IMG/VR virus record: IMGVR_UViG_3300032318_000556
Span: 1-32,517 of that record
Length of the DNA stretch: 32,517 nucleotides
Strand: one strand, 5' to 3'
Origin: a virus
Taxonomy: Duplodnaviria > Caudoviricetes
This document shows positions 6,421 to 16,554 of this stretch, one piece after another; the stretch's first letter is position 1; the number at the start of each line of letters is the position of its first letter. Made by a program: the position numbers and the translations under genes. The notes below the pieces were generated by a model. It was not told the DNA's origin. It ran no database searches and saw nothing but the letters and a program-made list of their open reading frames with translations.

Positions 6421-8325
6421 GTGGCTACACCAGCGCACAAGGGATTCAAAAAGGGTGGGGAACACCACCTCGCCAAGGGGGTCGCCCAGGCTAAAGCAGA
6501 TGTTTTAGACAGGGTACGTCAAGGGGTGAGCGTCCAAGCCGCTATGGTTGCGGCGGGCAAGAAACCCGATACGGTGCGCCAATGGATGAACCGTGACCCA
6601 GAATTTGCACGCGCCTTGGAAGAAGCCAAGGAAGAGGGTGGCAAGCAATCCTTTACCGCCTTGGGCGTTGAGAAGGAATCTATCCCATTCTCAGATTTCT
6701 CTAAGATGTTTTTTGACCAGACAGTCTTCCCTCATCATCAGGACTGGGTAGACCTACTGGAAGGGCGCGAACCTTCGTGGCTCCACCCTTCTATGATTTA
6801 TGAGCCAGGTGAGGGGAACCGCCTGCTTATCAATGTGCCTCCTGAGCACGCTAAATCCACCGTGGTTACGGTGAACTATCCGACTTACCGCATCGCCCTC
6901 AATCCTAACATCCGCATCATCGTGGTATCAAAGACATTGAATAAGGCACGCGAGTTCGTATACGCTATAAAGCAACGACTGTCTCACCCACGCTGGCTTA
7001 AACTGCAGACCGCTTATGGTCCAGAGGGCGGCTGGAAAGAAGACGCAGATACTTGGCGTACCGATACTGTCTATCTTGGCGGCGATGCGCGTAACTCTTC
7101 AGAAAAAGACCCAACGCTTCAGGCACTGGGTATGGGTGGTCAGATTTACGGCGCCCGTGCTGACCTGATTATTCTTGACGACTGTATCACTACTGCCAAC
7201 GCCCACGAGTGGGAGAAGCAGTTGGACTGGCTACAGAAGGAAGTTATTACTCGTCTGGGTAAGAACGGTAAACTTCTAGTAGTAGGGACACGGATTGCAG
7301 CAAATGACCTTTACAAAGAATTACGTAATCCTAAGCACTGGTCTGGCGGTAAGACACCGTTTACTTATATGGGTATGCCTGCGGTTCTTGACTATGCTGA
7401 GAAACCCGAAGACTGGACAACCTTATGGCATGAGTCGGATACCCCGTGGGATGGTGATTCGGATACTCCGAAACCAAATGGATTCTATCCTAAGTGGGAT
7501 GGGCAAGCGCTCTTCAAACGTAGAAGTGAAGTTACGCCCTCAACATGGGCACTTGTCTACCAACAAGAAGACATCATGGAAGACTCAATCTTCCCCCCAG
7601 CGCTCGTACAAGGAAGCACCAACGGGATGCGCAAAAGAGGTCCGCTACGGGCAGGGGCAGTGGGACACCCACCATACGTAGAAGGTCACACTGTAATTGG
7701 TTTTGACCCTGCAATGGCAGGACATGCTGCATTTGTTGTAGCAACATACAATAGAGCAGATGGTCGTATCTATGTTCTTGATTGCATCAACATGGAAGAC
7801 CCAACACCACAAAAGATTAGGGCGACAATTGAAGAACTTGTTATTCGGTATAGACCGCAAGAGTTCAGAGTTGAAATCAACGCCCACCAGAAAGCCTACT
7901 CCCTTGACGAAGACCTACGAAACTGGCTCGCTGCATACGGCGTACGGCTTGATGCTCACTTTACAGGCAAGAACAAATGGGACACATCTTTCGGCGTTGC
8001 CTCAATGTCCAACCTCTTTGGCACTGTCCGTGATGAAAAGTTTCAAAAGAACAACATTATAGAATTACCTTCGTCTGAAGGTTCTGAAGGTATCAAAGCC
8101 TTAACTCAGCAACTACTAACGTGGAAGCCAGAGACTAAGGGTAAGACCGATACCGTCATGGCTTTATGGTTTGCTGTGATTCGCATACGCGAACTGATGC
8201 AGGCTAGTAGCCAAACATCACAATACGCAACAAACCGTTGGGCAACACGTGCTCAAATGGATAGACGCATTGCAGTAAACCTCGATGAGATGTTTGCTGA
8301 ACAATGGCAAGAATACTTCGGATAA
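6421..8325 (+). CDS. terL: Terminase large subunit with N-terminal HTH extension
   Basis: Walker A-like PPEHAKST, Walker B LIILDD, VVGTR coupling motif, nuclease GFDPA and DTVMALWFA. GTG 6421 is better spaced from the GGAG RBS than ATG 6415. Confidence 0.93.
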   Translation: MATPAHKGFKKGGEHHLAKGVAQAKADVLDRVRQGVSVQAAMVAAGKKPDTVRQWMNRDPEFARALEEAKEEGGKQSFTALGVEKESIPFSDFSKMFFDQTVFPHHQDWVDLLEGREPSWLHPSMIYEPGEGNRLLINVPPEHAKSTVVTVNYPTYRIALNPNIRIIVVSKTLNKAREFVYAIKQRLSHPRWLKLQTAYGPEGGWKEDADTWRTDTVYLGGDARNSSEKDPTLQALGMGGQIYGARADLIILDDCITTANAHEWEKQLDWLQKEVITRLGKNGKLLVVGTRIAANDLYKELRNPKHWSGGKTPFTYMGMPAVLDYAEKPEDWTTLWHESDTPWDGDSDTPKPNGFYPKWDGQALFKRRSEVTPSTWALVYQQEDIMEDSIFPPALVQGSTNGMRKRGPLRAGAVGHPPYVEGHTVIGFDPAMAGHAAFVVATYNRADGRIYVLDCINMEDPTPQKIRATIEELVIRYRPQEFRVEINAHQKAYSLDEDLRNWLAAYGVRLDAHFTGKNKWDTSFGVASMSNLFGTVRDEKFQKNNIIELPSSEGSEGIKALTQQLLTWKPETKGKTDTVMALWFAVIRIRELMQASSQTSQYATNRWATRAQMDRRIAVNLDEMFAEQWQEYFG

Positions 8326-8341
8326 GATAAGGAAAAATAAA

Positions 8342-9004
8342 ATGGATTACGGTTCACCAGAATATGAAAAAAAAGTACAAGACCTTCAAAAAGCGCGAAA
8401 GACATTTAACGAAGCGGTAATGAAGAGAACGCAATGGCTACCTAATGGTAATGCCGTTGTTGATGGAAGAGAAATGAAAAGAAGCGTATGGATGAACAAG
8501 TATAAAAATACCGATGTTATACCTGGACCTAAAACAGTAAGAATTTCTTCTAACCCAGACCGTACGCCAAAGCCAACAACTAAGCAGGGAATTAAAGCAG
8601 ACAAGAGGGCTGCTACATTAAACTCAAAACTTGTTAAAAAAGTTGATAAGGCAAATTACTCATCTAACGCAGATGCTGCTCGTAAAGCAGCAGCAGCACG
8701 CGCAGAAAAAGTTGACCCAAAGAATCGCACACTTGCTCAAGAACGTGCTATTAAAACAGCGTCTAGATACAAAGTTGGTTTGCCTGGCTATTCTAAGGGA
8801 CCAATAAGCGCAGCAACAAAAAAGCAAGACAAAGAATGGGACAAGCAATACAAGGCTACTTTGAAAGCAAAGAAAGCAGCAGCAAAGACAGCAAAAAAAT
8901 CAACTTCAACTTCAACCAAGAAAACATTTGGAAGCAGCACACGTGGTCGTGGAACATTTACTGGCAGCCAGTCAGGTAAAGTCGGCATTACATACACTAA
9001 GTAA
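8342..9004 (+). CDS. Lys/Ala-rich basic protein ending in RGTFTGSQSGKVGITYTK
   Basis: ORF track; ATG 8342 follows AAGGA; lies between terL and portal. Confidence 0.8.
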   Translation: MDYGSPEYEKKVQDLQKARKTFNEAVMKRTQWLPNGNAVVDGREMKRSVWMNKYKNTDVIPGPKTVRISSNPDRTPKPTTKQGIKADKRAATLNSKLVKKVDKANYSSNADAARKAAAARAEKVDPKNRTLAQERAIKTASRYKVGLPGYSKGPISAATKKQDKEWDKQYKATLKAKKAAAKTAKKSTSTSTKKTFGSSTRGRGTFTGSQSGKVGITYTK

Positions 9005-9029
9005 TTTTTAATCAATCGTTAGGACAATA

Positions 9030-10787
9030 ATGTTATCAATGGACCAGATTGGCGCCAGAGTCCAGACTCTGCGCTACCGTGCGCATGGTCGTGACCAGCG
9101 CAACGGTGACGTACAGATGGTGCGCCAAGGAAAGATTAGTCAGGTATACCCTAACTTCTTTCCAGACGGTATTGACCAAAACGTAGTTGCTAACTTTATT
9201 GACATTGTTGCACGTGACTTGGCAGAAGTAATGGCACCGCTTCCAGCGGTTAACTGTTCTGCTGCCAATCAAGTCAATGACCGCGCACGTAAGTTTGCGG
9301 ACACACGTACCCGTATTGCATCTAACTACTTTAATCATTCTGATTTACAGGTACAGATGTACAACGGTGCAGACATGTACATTACGTATGGTTTCCTCCC
9401 GTTCATTATTGAACTGGATGAGGAAGCAAAGTTGCCACGTATCCGACTAGAAAATCCTGTTGGGGCTTACCCAGAGTTTGACCGCTACGGACGTTGCGTT
9501 GCTTTTGCTAAGAGATACTCAATGACACTAGGTGAGTTAGTTGCTATGTTCCCAGAGAACGAACGCGCTTTACTTGGTCCAATGGGTTATAAGCAAGACC
9601 TTAACGGCATGATTGAAATGATTCGTTATTACGATAAAGACCAGACGGTTCTTTATTTGCCATCACGCAATAATATGTTGCTATCACAAGCACGTAACTT
9701 GCTAGGTAAGATGAACGTAATCATTGCACGCCGCCCTTCACCTGACGGTGAATTGCGCGGACAGTTTGATGACGTACTTGGTATTCAATTGCTCCGTAAC
9801 CGATTTGCATTACTTGCAATGGAAGCGGCAGAAAAGTCAGTACAAGCACCAATTGTTTTGCCACAAGATGTACAGGAATTACAACTTGGTGGAGATGCTG
9901 TTATTCGTACAGCAAACCCAGCAGGTGTTCGCCGTGTTGAACTTACACTTCCACAGGGTGCGTTTACTGAACAAACATTGCTTAACCAAGAACTGCGTGT
10001 TGGAGCACGTTACCCTGAATCTCGTACAGGTAACGTAGATGCTTCAATTGTTACTGGACAAGGTGTACAGGCTCTGCTTGGTGCATTTGATACACAAGTT
10101 AAATCAGCACAGGCTATCTTCTCAGCAGCATTACGTGATGTTATTTCACTTTGCTTTGAAGTAGATGAGATGTTGTTTAACCAAGAAAAAACAATTCGTG
10201 GCGTAGATGCTGGTTCACCGTTTGTTGTGACCTACACTCCTATGAAAGATATTAAGAAAGACTATTCTGCAGATGTAAGATACGGTATGTTGGCTGGATT
10301 GAATCCAGCACAAGGACTTATTTTTATGTTGCAGGCACTTGGAGGGGGACTTATCTCCAAGGATATGGCTATGCGTGAACTACCATTCGGCGTCAACGTA
10401 ACTCTTGAACAAGAGAAAATTGAAATTGAAAAGATGCGAGACGCATTGGTTGGTTCGTTAGCAGCCATGGCACAAGCAATTCCTCAAATGGCTATGCAGG
10501 GACAGAATCCATCAGCACTAGTGCGTCAAATGTCAGAAGTGATAAAGGCGCGTAAGTCTGGTAAGTCTATTGAAGACGCCATTGAGGAAGTGTTTAAACC
10601 TGAGAATCCTCCTGCTGGCGCAGAAGAACAGTCTGAGCAACCTGTCCCCGCTGCTCCTGGTTCCGCTCCAGCAGGAGGCGCTCCAATGCCGCAGGGAAGA
10701 CCAGATTTGCAAACATTGCTTAGCACCATGACAGGTGAAGGTGCGGGACGCAGTGCAGTAAGAACTACTAGAGAGCAAGCAATCTAA
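9030..10787 (+). CDS. Portal protein
   Basis: 585 aa after terminase; VVANFID, ITYGFLPF, GQFDDV motifs; Gln/Pro-rich C-terminus typical of podovirus-type portals. Confidence 0.85.
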   Translation: MLSMDQIGARVQTLRYRAHGRDQRNGDVQMVRQGKISQVYPNFFPDGIDQNVVANFIDIVARDLAEVMAPLPAVNCSAANQVNDRARKFADTRTRIASNYFNHSDLQVQMYNGADMYITYGFLPFIIELDEEAKLPRIRLENPVGAYPEFDRYGRCVAFAKRYSMTLGELVAMFPENERALLGPMGYKQDLNGMIEMIRYYDKDQTVLYLPSRNNMLLSQARNLLGKMNVIIARRPSPDGELRGQFDDVLGIQLLRNRFALLAMEAAEKSVQAPIVLPQDVQELQLGGDAVIRTANPAGVRRVELTLPQGAFTEQTLLNQELRVGARYPESRTGNVDASIVTGQGVQALLGAFDTQVKSAQAIFSAALRDVISLCFEVDEMLFNQEKTIRGVDAGSPFVVTYTPMKDIKKDYSADVRYGMLAGLNPAQGLIFMLQALGGGLISKDMAMRELPFGVNVTLEQEKIEIEKMRDALVGSLAAMAQAIPQMAMQGQNPSALVRQMSEVIKARKSGKSIEDAIEEVFKPENPPAGAEEQSEQPVPAAPGSAPAGGAPMPQGRPDLQTLLSTMTGEGAGRSAVRTTREQAI

Positions 10788-10796
10788 GGAGTAATC

Positions 10797-11033
10797 ATGG
10801 CAACATCTCGTAAGAGAACTACAAAAGTTAAAACAGTTGCTGATGAAAGTTATTCTAAGTTAGACCAGTATGCAATTGAGTTGCACGAGTTTTTTAAATC
10901 ATTACGCAGAGCAGGATTTACAGTTGATAATTCACTGTGGATATTATCTGTAAAAGAAATGCATCCCGAATGGATGCAAAAAGCACCAACACTAGAAGAT
11001 GTTAGAAAATACATGGACGAGGAGGACGACTAA
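10797..11033 (+). CDS. Hypothetical protein, 78 aa
   Basis: AAGGAG RBS; TAATG coupling. Confidence 0.75.
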   Translation: MATSRKRTTKVKTVADESYSKLDQYAIELHEFFKSLRRAGFTVDNSLWILSVKEMHPEWMQKAPTLEDVRKYMDEEDD

Positions 11034-11446
11034 TGGCACGTGGAGGTTATCGTCAACCTAACAATCCAGCACCTACATCAGGTCCTGGTGCACTTTCACA
11101 GCGTACAGATGGTGGAGCAACAGAAGGCATGTCACAACCACAGAAACAATACACAGGTTTTGGATACGGACAAAATAAAAGATTAGCCGAACAACAAAGC
11201 GGAGCACCGCTTGCTGGTTCTGGTATTCCAGGATTTAACTTTACACCACTAGACGCTCCAACAGAGCGTCCTAATCAACCAGTAACTGCTGGTATTGATT
11301 TAGGAGAAGGTGGTGGTTCAGAACTAATGCGCGACCTTCCTAACTATGCGCCATCATTAACTGACACATTAAAGCGTCTTGCACAGTATGACCCATCAGG
11401 TGATGCAGAATTAATTTATAGACAATTACTTGATAAAGGGTACTAA
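11033..11446 (+). CDS. Gly/Pro-rich putative virion protein (RGGYRQP...SGPGALSQRTDG)
   Basis: TAATG coupling at both ends; position in the structural operon. Confidence 0.7.
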   Translation: MARGGYRQPNNPAPTSGPGALSQRTDGGATEGMSQPQKQYTGFGYGQNKRLAEQQSGAPLAGSGIPGFNFTPLDAPTERPNQPVTAGIDLGEGGGSELMRDLPNYAPSLTDTLKRLAQYDPSGDAELIYRQLLDKGY

Positions 11447-14400
11447 TGCCTCAGTACATTAAATCTGTTGTTGCTGAAGTTTCACCTAACCTTTATGCTG
11501 CGGCTACATCTGCAGGTTTATCTGGCGTAGAAAAAAACCAAGTAGAACAAATGAGTTACTCAATCAAGAAGCATCGTGAACTTGCTAAACTTGATGTTGA
11601 GAAAGCACGTAAAGAATACGACAGTCTTGACCCAGCAATTCAGGACCAATTAAAGTTTATGTTTCAAGATGCTGACTACATGCAAGCACCACCAGATGCT
11701 ACTGACCGTCTTTTAGGGGTTGCTAAAACTTTTGGTAAAGTAGTGGCTTCGCCACTTATTGGTTTGTTTAAACTAGGTGGTCAGTATAACCGTTTAATTA
11801 ACCAGCCTTACAAGGTTGCTCGTCAGGCTGCACAAGGTGCAGATTTGTTTTCTATGAAAACATGGACTGATGCATGGGATGGTAAGAATCAATACGACCT
11901 TGGTGCATTACAGGAAGCAACAGATTACTTTGGTAAGTACGATGTTGAAGTTGCTAAGGGTTTACTTTCTGGTAAAACTCCTGGTGAAATTGTACAAGAT
12001 TTTGGTAAGGTAGACCCAGAACTACTTAACTCAATTAAAAAAGCATACGATGACCCTGATGCATTTAAGTTAGTTTTAGATGGCGTTAAGTATGCACAGG
12101 TTTCACCTGGACGAGATATTGCTCGTATGCTTGACCGTAAGCCGCCTTCAAGCGGTGTTAGCGGAACAACTAAAAACATTTCTGGTTACATTGATTTTAT
12201 ATACCAGATTGCAGTAGACCCTCTTACTTGGATGACAGGTGGATTAAGTAAGGGTGTTACTAAAGGTGAGCGTATTACTAACTCGCTTCTTAAGATGATT
12301 GACAATGGTGTTCCAGTTGAACGTGCTGTTGAAACTACATTTAAAGAACCATTAGTATTTAATTTGTGGCAAGATGGTATTGGTCCTGCAATTAAAAGAG
12401 TTGCAGATTCTAAATCACCAGGTGAAAAGTCACTAGCACTTGACAACATTGCTAAGAACTTTCCAGGATACAATGACCAAAATGCTATTAAGGTTCTTGT
12501 TGACGGAGAAGTATTTGATGCACCAACAGCACAGAGGTTTTTTGAAAATGCAGGTAATTTAAATCTATTGCTTGCTGGTCGTGTTGATGGAATAACTTAC
12601 ATGCGCAATGGCGTAGCAGTTGCTCGCCAGAATCGTTTAATGTCTGATGCAATTACACGTTCACTTGATGCAAGATTTAACAATATGTCTCGTACAGCCG
12701 CGGAACGCGATGCTGATTTAGAACCAATTACTGCTGCTCTTCTTAACACTGAAGATGCTTTACAACGTTTGGCTAATCCTAATGCTGACATGTCTGTTCT
12801 TCTAGAGGCTAATAAAGAGATTACCCGTTGGAAAAAAATTGGTCTAATGGCTGCTCGTTCTCCACAGGGATTAGAAGTACGCATTGGTGCTAACGCTTTA
12901 GATACATCTGCAAACTTTACAGCCCGTGCTCGTCAGTTATTGCCTAAGGAAATGGCACAAGCATTAACTGTTCGCTTTATGGAATCAACAGCAGATGAAC
13001 AAATTGTTATTTTGCGTAACTTAGATGCTGCAACTATGTACTCAATGGGTCTTGGTGGTAGCCAAAAGGGTGAAGAGTTAATTATTAAAACCCTTCAAGA
13101 CAAGTATGGTAACAAGGCAGGCTTTGCAACTAAAAAAGACCTTGCTATTAATCCAGAACATGCTAAGTTTGCACCAGCAAACTCTGTGCGTGAGTCCGAA
13201 AGTGGATTTTTTGTTAACACAGAAGGTCCAATTCAGCCTTATCAAACAACTTGGGCTGTTGGTCCACTACCTTATGACGTTATTGGCTCAACTATTTGGG
13301 AAATTAAGTCTAAGAAGAATATTATTGGAGCACTTGGTGGTGCTACACAAGGTAATTTTTCAAAGAAGTTAGTTGACACTTGGTCTATTTTAACTTTGTT
13401 CCCTCGCTTAGGTGTACGTTCTGCAATTGATGAAGCAACAATGTATTTATTGTCTGCACCTACTAAAGATATGCGTAGATTTGCAAGACTTGAGGGCTTG
13501 CGTTTAGGAAATATGTCTCGTGCTGCTACAGGTTCTAAATCTGCTAGTGGTCCAGTACGCAGAGGTATACAAAAGGCATTAAAGTTTGCACCTAAGTCTG
13601 ATGCTCCTATGCGAATTGGCAAGCAACCACGTTATTCTCACGAAGAAGCGTTAACATTGTTAGACCGCCAGAATATTTTAGATGCTAAGGCTATTGAATT
13701 AGATATAGACCCATCAATGCTGTCTAGTTTAGAGAAGCGTCAGGCTATATCAGAACATGTTTCTAAAATGTATGGTCGTTATGTTGATGAAGAGACTGCT
13801 GGCTATCTTATGCAAGCATTTGTTCATTCACCAGATGCATTAAACTCTATGGCTGCATCACTTGTTGCTAGCAGTGGTATTTCAGGTCGCTATGGCGATG
13901 AAGTAATGGCTTCAGTTATTACACCGTCTATGCTTGACATGGCTTTTGAACAACTTGGTATCAAAATGGGCAACACTACACGCACCATTGACACCGCTAT
14001 GTTGTCAGAACAAGAAGTTGCGCTAGCGCACTTTGAAAAATGGTTTAAGATGTTGGCTGGTAACAAGGCTAAGTTAACTGATGAAGTTACTCTTAACCCA
14101 GCAGATATATTCTTTAGATACAATGCATTAAAGCCAGGCGAAGTTGACCCTCGCACTGGTAAAGAAATGATGGAACTAGCATTAGATGCTGGTATGCGTA
14201 AGATTGGTTTTGAATTTAGCGATTTAACTAAGACTTGGATTGCTAAAGACCAAAAGGCTATTAACGCTTTCCTAGAGCGTTCTATGTACACAGTACAAGC
14301 CCGTGCTAAAGGTCTAGATGATGAACAAATTGTACGTGGACAGTTGTTCCGTATGTTTACCGATATGTTTGAAACATTCCATGGGGATGCAAACAAGTTT

Positions 14401-16554
14401 AATGACACATTACTTAATGTAGTTAAGAGCAGTTACCGTCAACTTGAAAAGATGGCTGCTGGTAGTAATCGTATTCCTTCATGGAATGAAGCCGTTGCTC
14501 GTATTCCACTAGATGAGTTCCATGATGCTACTAAAGGATTCCGCATTAGTGGACCAGTTAACACTGAACTAGCATTTGGTGACTTTAATATTGAGTCTGT
14601 GTTTAGGCGTGCAGGTAACACTATGATGGACTGGATGGACCAGCAAGTAACAGGTATATTCCGTCAACCAGCAGTTATGGTTACATATGCTCAACTTCGT
14701 AAGAAGTATAAGAACATTGAAAAGGCATTTGTACGTCAACAAGCAGAACGCGAAATAGGTCCTTTTGCTGGTGCTACGCAAGCACAGATTGATGCTACTA
14801 AATTAAAGTATGAACGAATAGCAGAGAAGCGATTTACTGAATTAGCAGTGCGTGAAGCAGCAGATACTATCCTTAAGTTTGCTGATAACCCTAAGATTCG
14901 CTCTAACTTTTCATTTAGTCTACGTACTGTGGGTCGTTACTACCGTGCAACTGAAGACTTTTATCGCCGTATCTATCGTTTAAAGGATGTTGCTCCACGT
15001 ACGCTATATCGTTTGCGTTTATCTAACGTAGGTATTGAGGCTAGCGGTGCTATTCATGAAGACCAGAATGGCGAGCCATATGTAGTAATGCCTATGGATA
15101 ATGTAATCTTTAAAGCAACTGATAGCGCGTTCCGCGTACTAACAGGTAACACTGGATACAGTCAGCCATTGTTTAATGAGTTTACATTTAAACTACGCAT
15201 GGTTAACCCATCATTCTCACAAGATGCTGGTCTTCCTACGCTATCTGGTCCTATTGCAGGACTAAGCGTTATTGCTGTTAAGAACATACTTGGTGTAGTG
15301 CCAGGCAAGATTCCGTTTATTGGTGACACAATACAGCCTTACTCACAGCAATTAGGTGAAAGCATTGACACATTTGCACTAGGTAATATTGGTGACAACA
15401 TGGATGTTATACGTGCCACAGTACCTGCTTCTTTGCAGCGTGTTTGGGGTATGTTGCCATTTAATGAGAAGTCTCGTCAAGAGACCACTGCTGCTATGCA
15501 AGCAATTGCTTACAATGCAGCACATGGCGTGGGCATTGACCCTAATGCTACAGATGAAGAGAAGGCTAAGTATCTAGATAACATTCGTATCTCGGCACAC
15601 AATGTGTTGTTTATGCGTCACTTCTTAGGCTTGTTCTCACCTGTTGCTCCAACAACTATGGAGTCAGTAGGTGTTCCTGATTACATTAAGGATACTGGTA
15701 TTTCTAGCCTACGCTCAGAGTTTTTTGACATTCTTAATGGCGTGATTGCTACTAGCAATGGTGACATTACAGACCCATATGAAGAAGCATTGGCTACATA
15801 TATTGGTACTAACCCAGGCAAACTTATCTACACTGTATCTCGTGAGGACAAGCAGACTAGCGTTCTTATTAAGAACACAGATAAGTTAAAGAACTGGGGC
15901 ATTAAGAATGCCAAGTTAATAGAACAATACGGTGAAGTAGCCTACATTTTTGCACCGCAAATTGGTGACTTTAACGCTGCTACATACAATTGGATTCAAT
16001 CAGCAGGACTTGTTAAAAGCAAGAGTCTTGAGGATTATTATAAAGATGTACAAGTAGCAGAAGATAAGCAAAAGTATTATGACATTGCGCGTCAGGAAAA
16101 AGAAATCCTAAGTAACATGTCAGACCCAGAACTACGTGCTAACGTTATTAAGGCTGCGACTCAACAACGTGAGGCTCTTAAGGCTAGCAACCCATTGCTT
16201 AATTCAGAACTTATTGGTGCTGGTAATACTATCGGTAACGAAACAGTATTAATGAATAGCCTAGAGCAAATGGTTAATAACCCTAGTGTTGATATTCGTC
16301 CAGCCACACGTCAGCGTATGGCACTAGCCATCAAGATGATGCGTGAGTTTATTGCATTTGCTACTAGCCCAGAATTAAAAAATGTACAGAATGCAACACA
16401 ACTAAAGAGTGAGCGCAAAGCGCAGATTGAGGCTAACTTGAAAGACTTGATGCTAGGCGACTTATATCTAACAGAAGCAAACCGAGCAATTTTTAAATCT
16501 ATTCTTAACTTTTATTCACGTGATTCATACTATGCTTTTAAGGAGTTAATGTAA
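11446..16554 (+). CDS. Very large (1702 aa) putative internal virion / DNA ejection protein
   Basis: Size, helical composition, no Cys seen, structural operon context; no catalytic domain recognised. Confidence 0.6.
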   Translation: MPQYIKSVVAEVSPNLYAAATSAGLSGVEKNQVEQMSYSIKKHRELAKLDVEKARKEYDSLDPAIQDQLKFMFQDADYMQAPPDATDRLLGVAKTFGKVVASPLIGLFKLGGQYNRLINQPYKVARQAAQGADLFSMKTWTDAWDGKNQYDLGALQEATDYFGKYDVEVAKGLLSGKTPGEIVQDFGKVDPELLNSIKKAYDDPDAFKLVLDGVKYAQVSPGRDIARMLDRKPPSSGVSGTTKNISGYIDFIYQIAVDPLTWMTGGLSKGVTKGERITNSLLKMIDNGVPVERAVETTFKEPLVFNLWQDGIGPAIKRVADSKSPGEKSLALDNIAKNFPGYNDQNAIKVLVDGEVFDAPTAQRFFENAGNLNLLLAGRVDGITYMRNGVAVARQNRLMSDAITRSLDARFNNMSRTAAERDADLEPITAALLNTEDALQRLANPNADMSVLLEANKEITRWKKIGLMAARSPQGLEVRIGANALDTSANFTARARQLLPKEMAQALTVRFMESTADEQIVILRNLDAATMYSMGLGGSQKGEELIIKTLQDKYGNKAGFATKKDLAINPEHAKFAPANSVRESESGFFVNTEGPIQPYQTTWAVGPLPYDVIGSTIWEIKSKKNIIGALGGATQGNFSKKLVDTWSILTLFPRLGVRSAIDEATMYLLSAPTKDMRRFARLEGLRLGNMSRAATGSKSASGPVRRGIQKALKFAPKSDAPMRIGKQPRYSHEEALTLLDRQNILDAKAIELDIDPSMLSSLEKRQAISEHVSKMYGRYVDEETAGYLMQAFVHSPDALNSMAASLVASSGISGRYGDEVMASVITPSMLDMAFEQLGIKMGNTTRTIDTAMLSEQEVALAHFEKWFKMLAGNKAKLTDEVTLNPADIFFRYNALKPGEVDPRTGKEMMELALDAGMRKIGFEFSDLTKTWIAKDQKAINAFLERSMYTVQARAKGLDDEQIVRGQLFRMFTDMFETFHGDANKFNDTLLNVVKSSYRQLEKMAAGSNRIPSWNEAVARIPLDEFHDATKGFRISGPVNTELAFGDFNIESVFRRAGNTMMDWMDQQVTGIFRQPAVMVTYAQLRKKYKNIEKAFVRQQAEREIGPFAGATQAQIDATKLKYERIAEKRFTELAVREAADTILKFADNPKIRSNFSFSLRTVGRYYRATEDFYRRIYRLKDVAPRTLYRLRLSNVGIEASGAIHEDQNGEPYVVMPMDNVIFKATDSAFRVLTGNTGYSQPLFNEFTFKLRMVNPSFSQDAGLPTLSGPIAGLSVIAVKNILGVVPGKIPFIGDTIQPYSQQLGESIDTFALGNIGDNMDVIRATVPASLQRVWGMLPFNEKSRQETTAAMQAIAYNAAHGVGIDPNATDEEKAKYLDNIRISAHNVLFMRHFLGLFSPVAPTTMESVGVPDYIKDTGISSLRSEFFDILNGVIATSNGDITDPYEEALATYIGTNPGKLIYTVSREDKQTSVLIKNTDKLKNWGIKNAKLIEQYGEVAYIFAPQIGDFNAATYNWIQSAGLVKSKSLEDYYKDVQVAEDKQKYYDIARQEKEILSNMSDPELRANVIKAATQQREALKASNPLLNSELIGAGNTIGNETVLMNSLEQMVNNPSVDIRPATRQRMALAIKMMREFIAFATSPELKNVQNATQLKSERKAQIEANLKDLMLGDLYLTEANRAIFKSILNFYSRDSYYAFKELM

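Noticed and set aside
11446-16554. Virion RNA polymerase or tape measure identity for the 1702-aa protein
   Set aside because: No polymerase catalytic motif or tape-measure repeat recognised; left as a putative ejection protein
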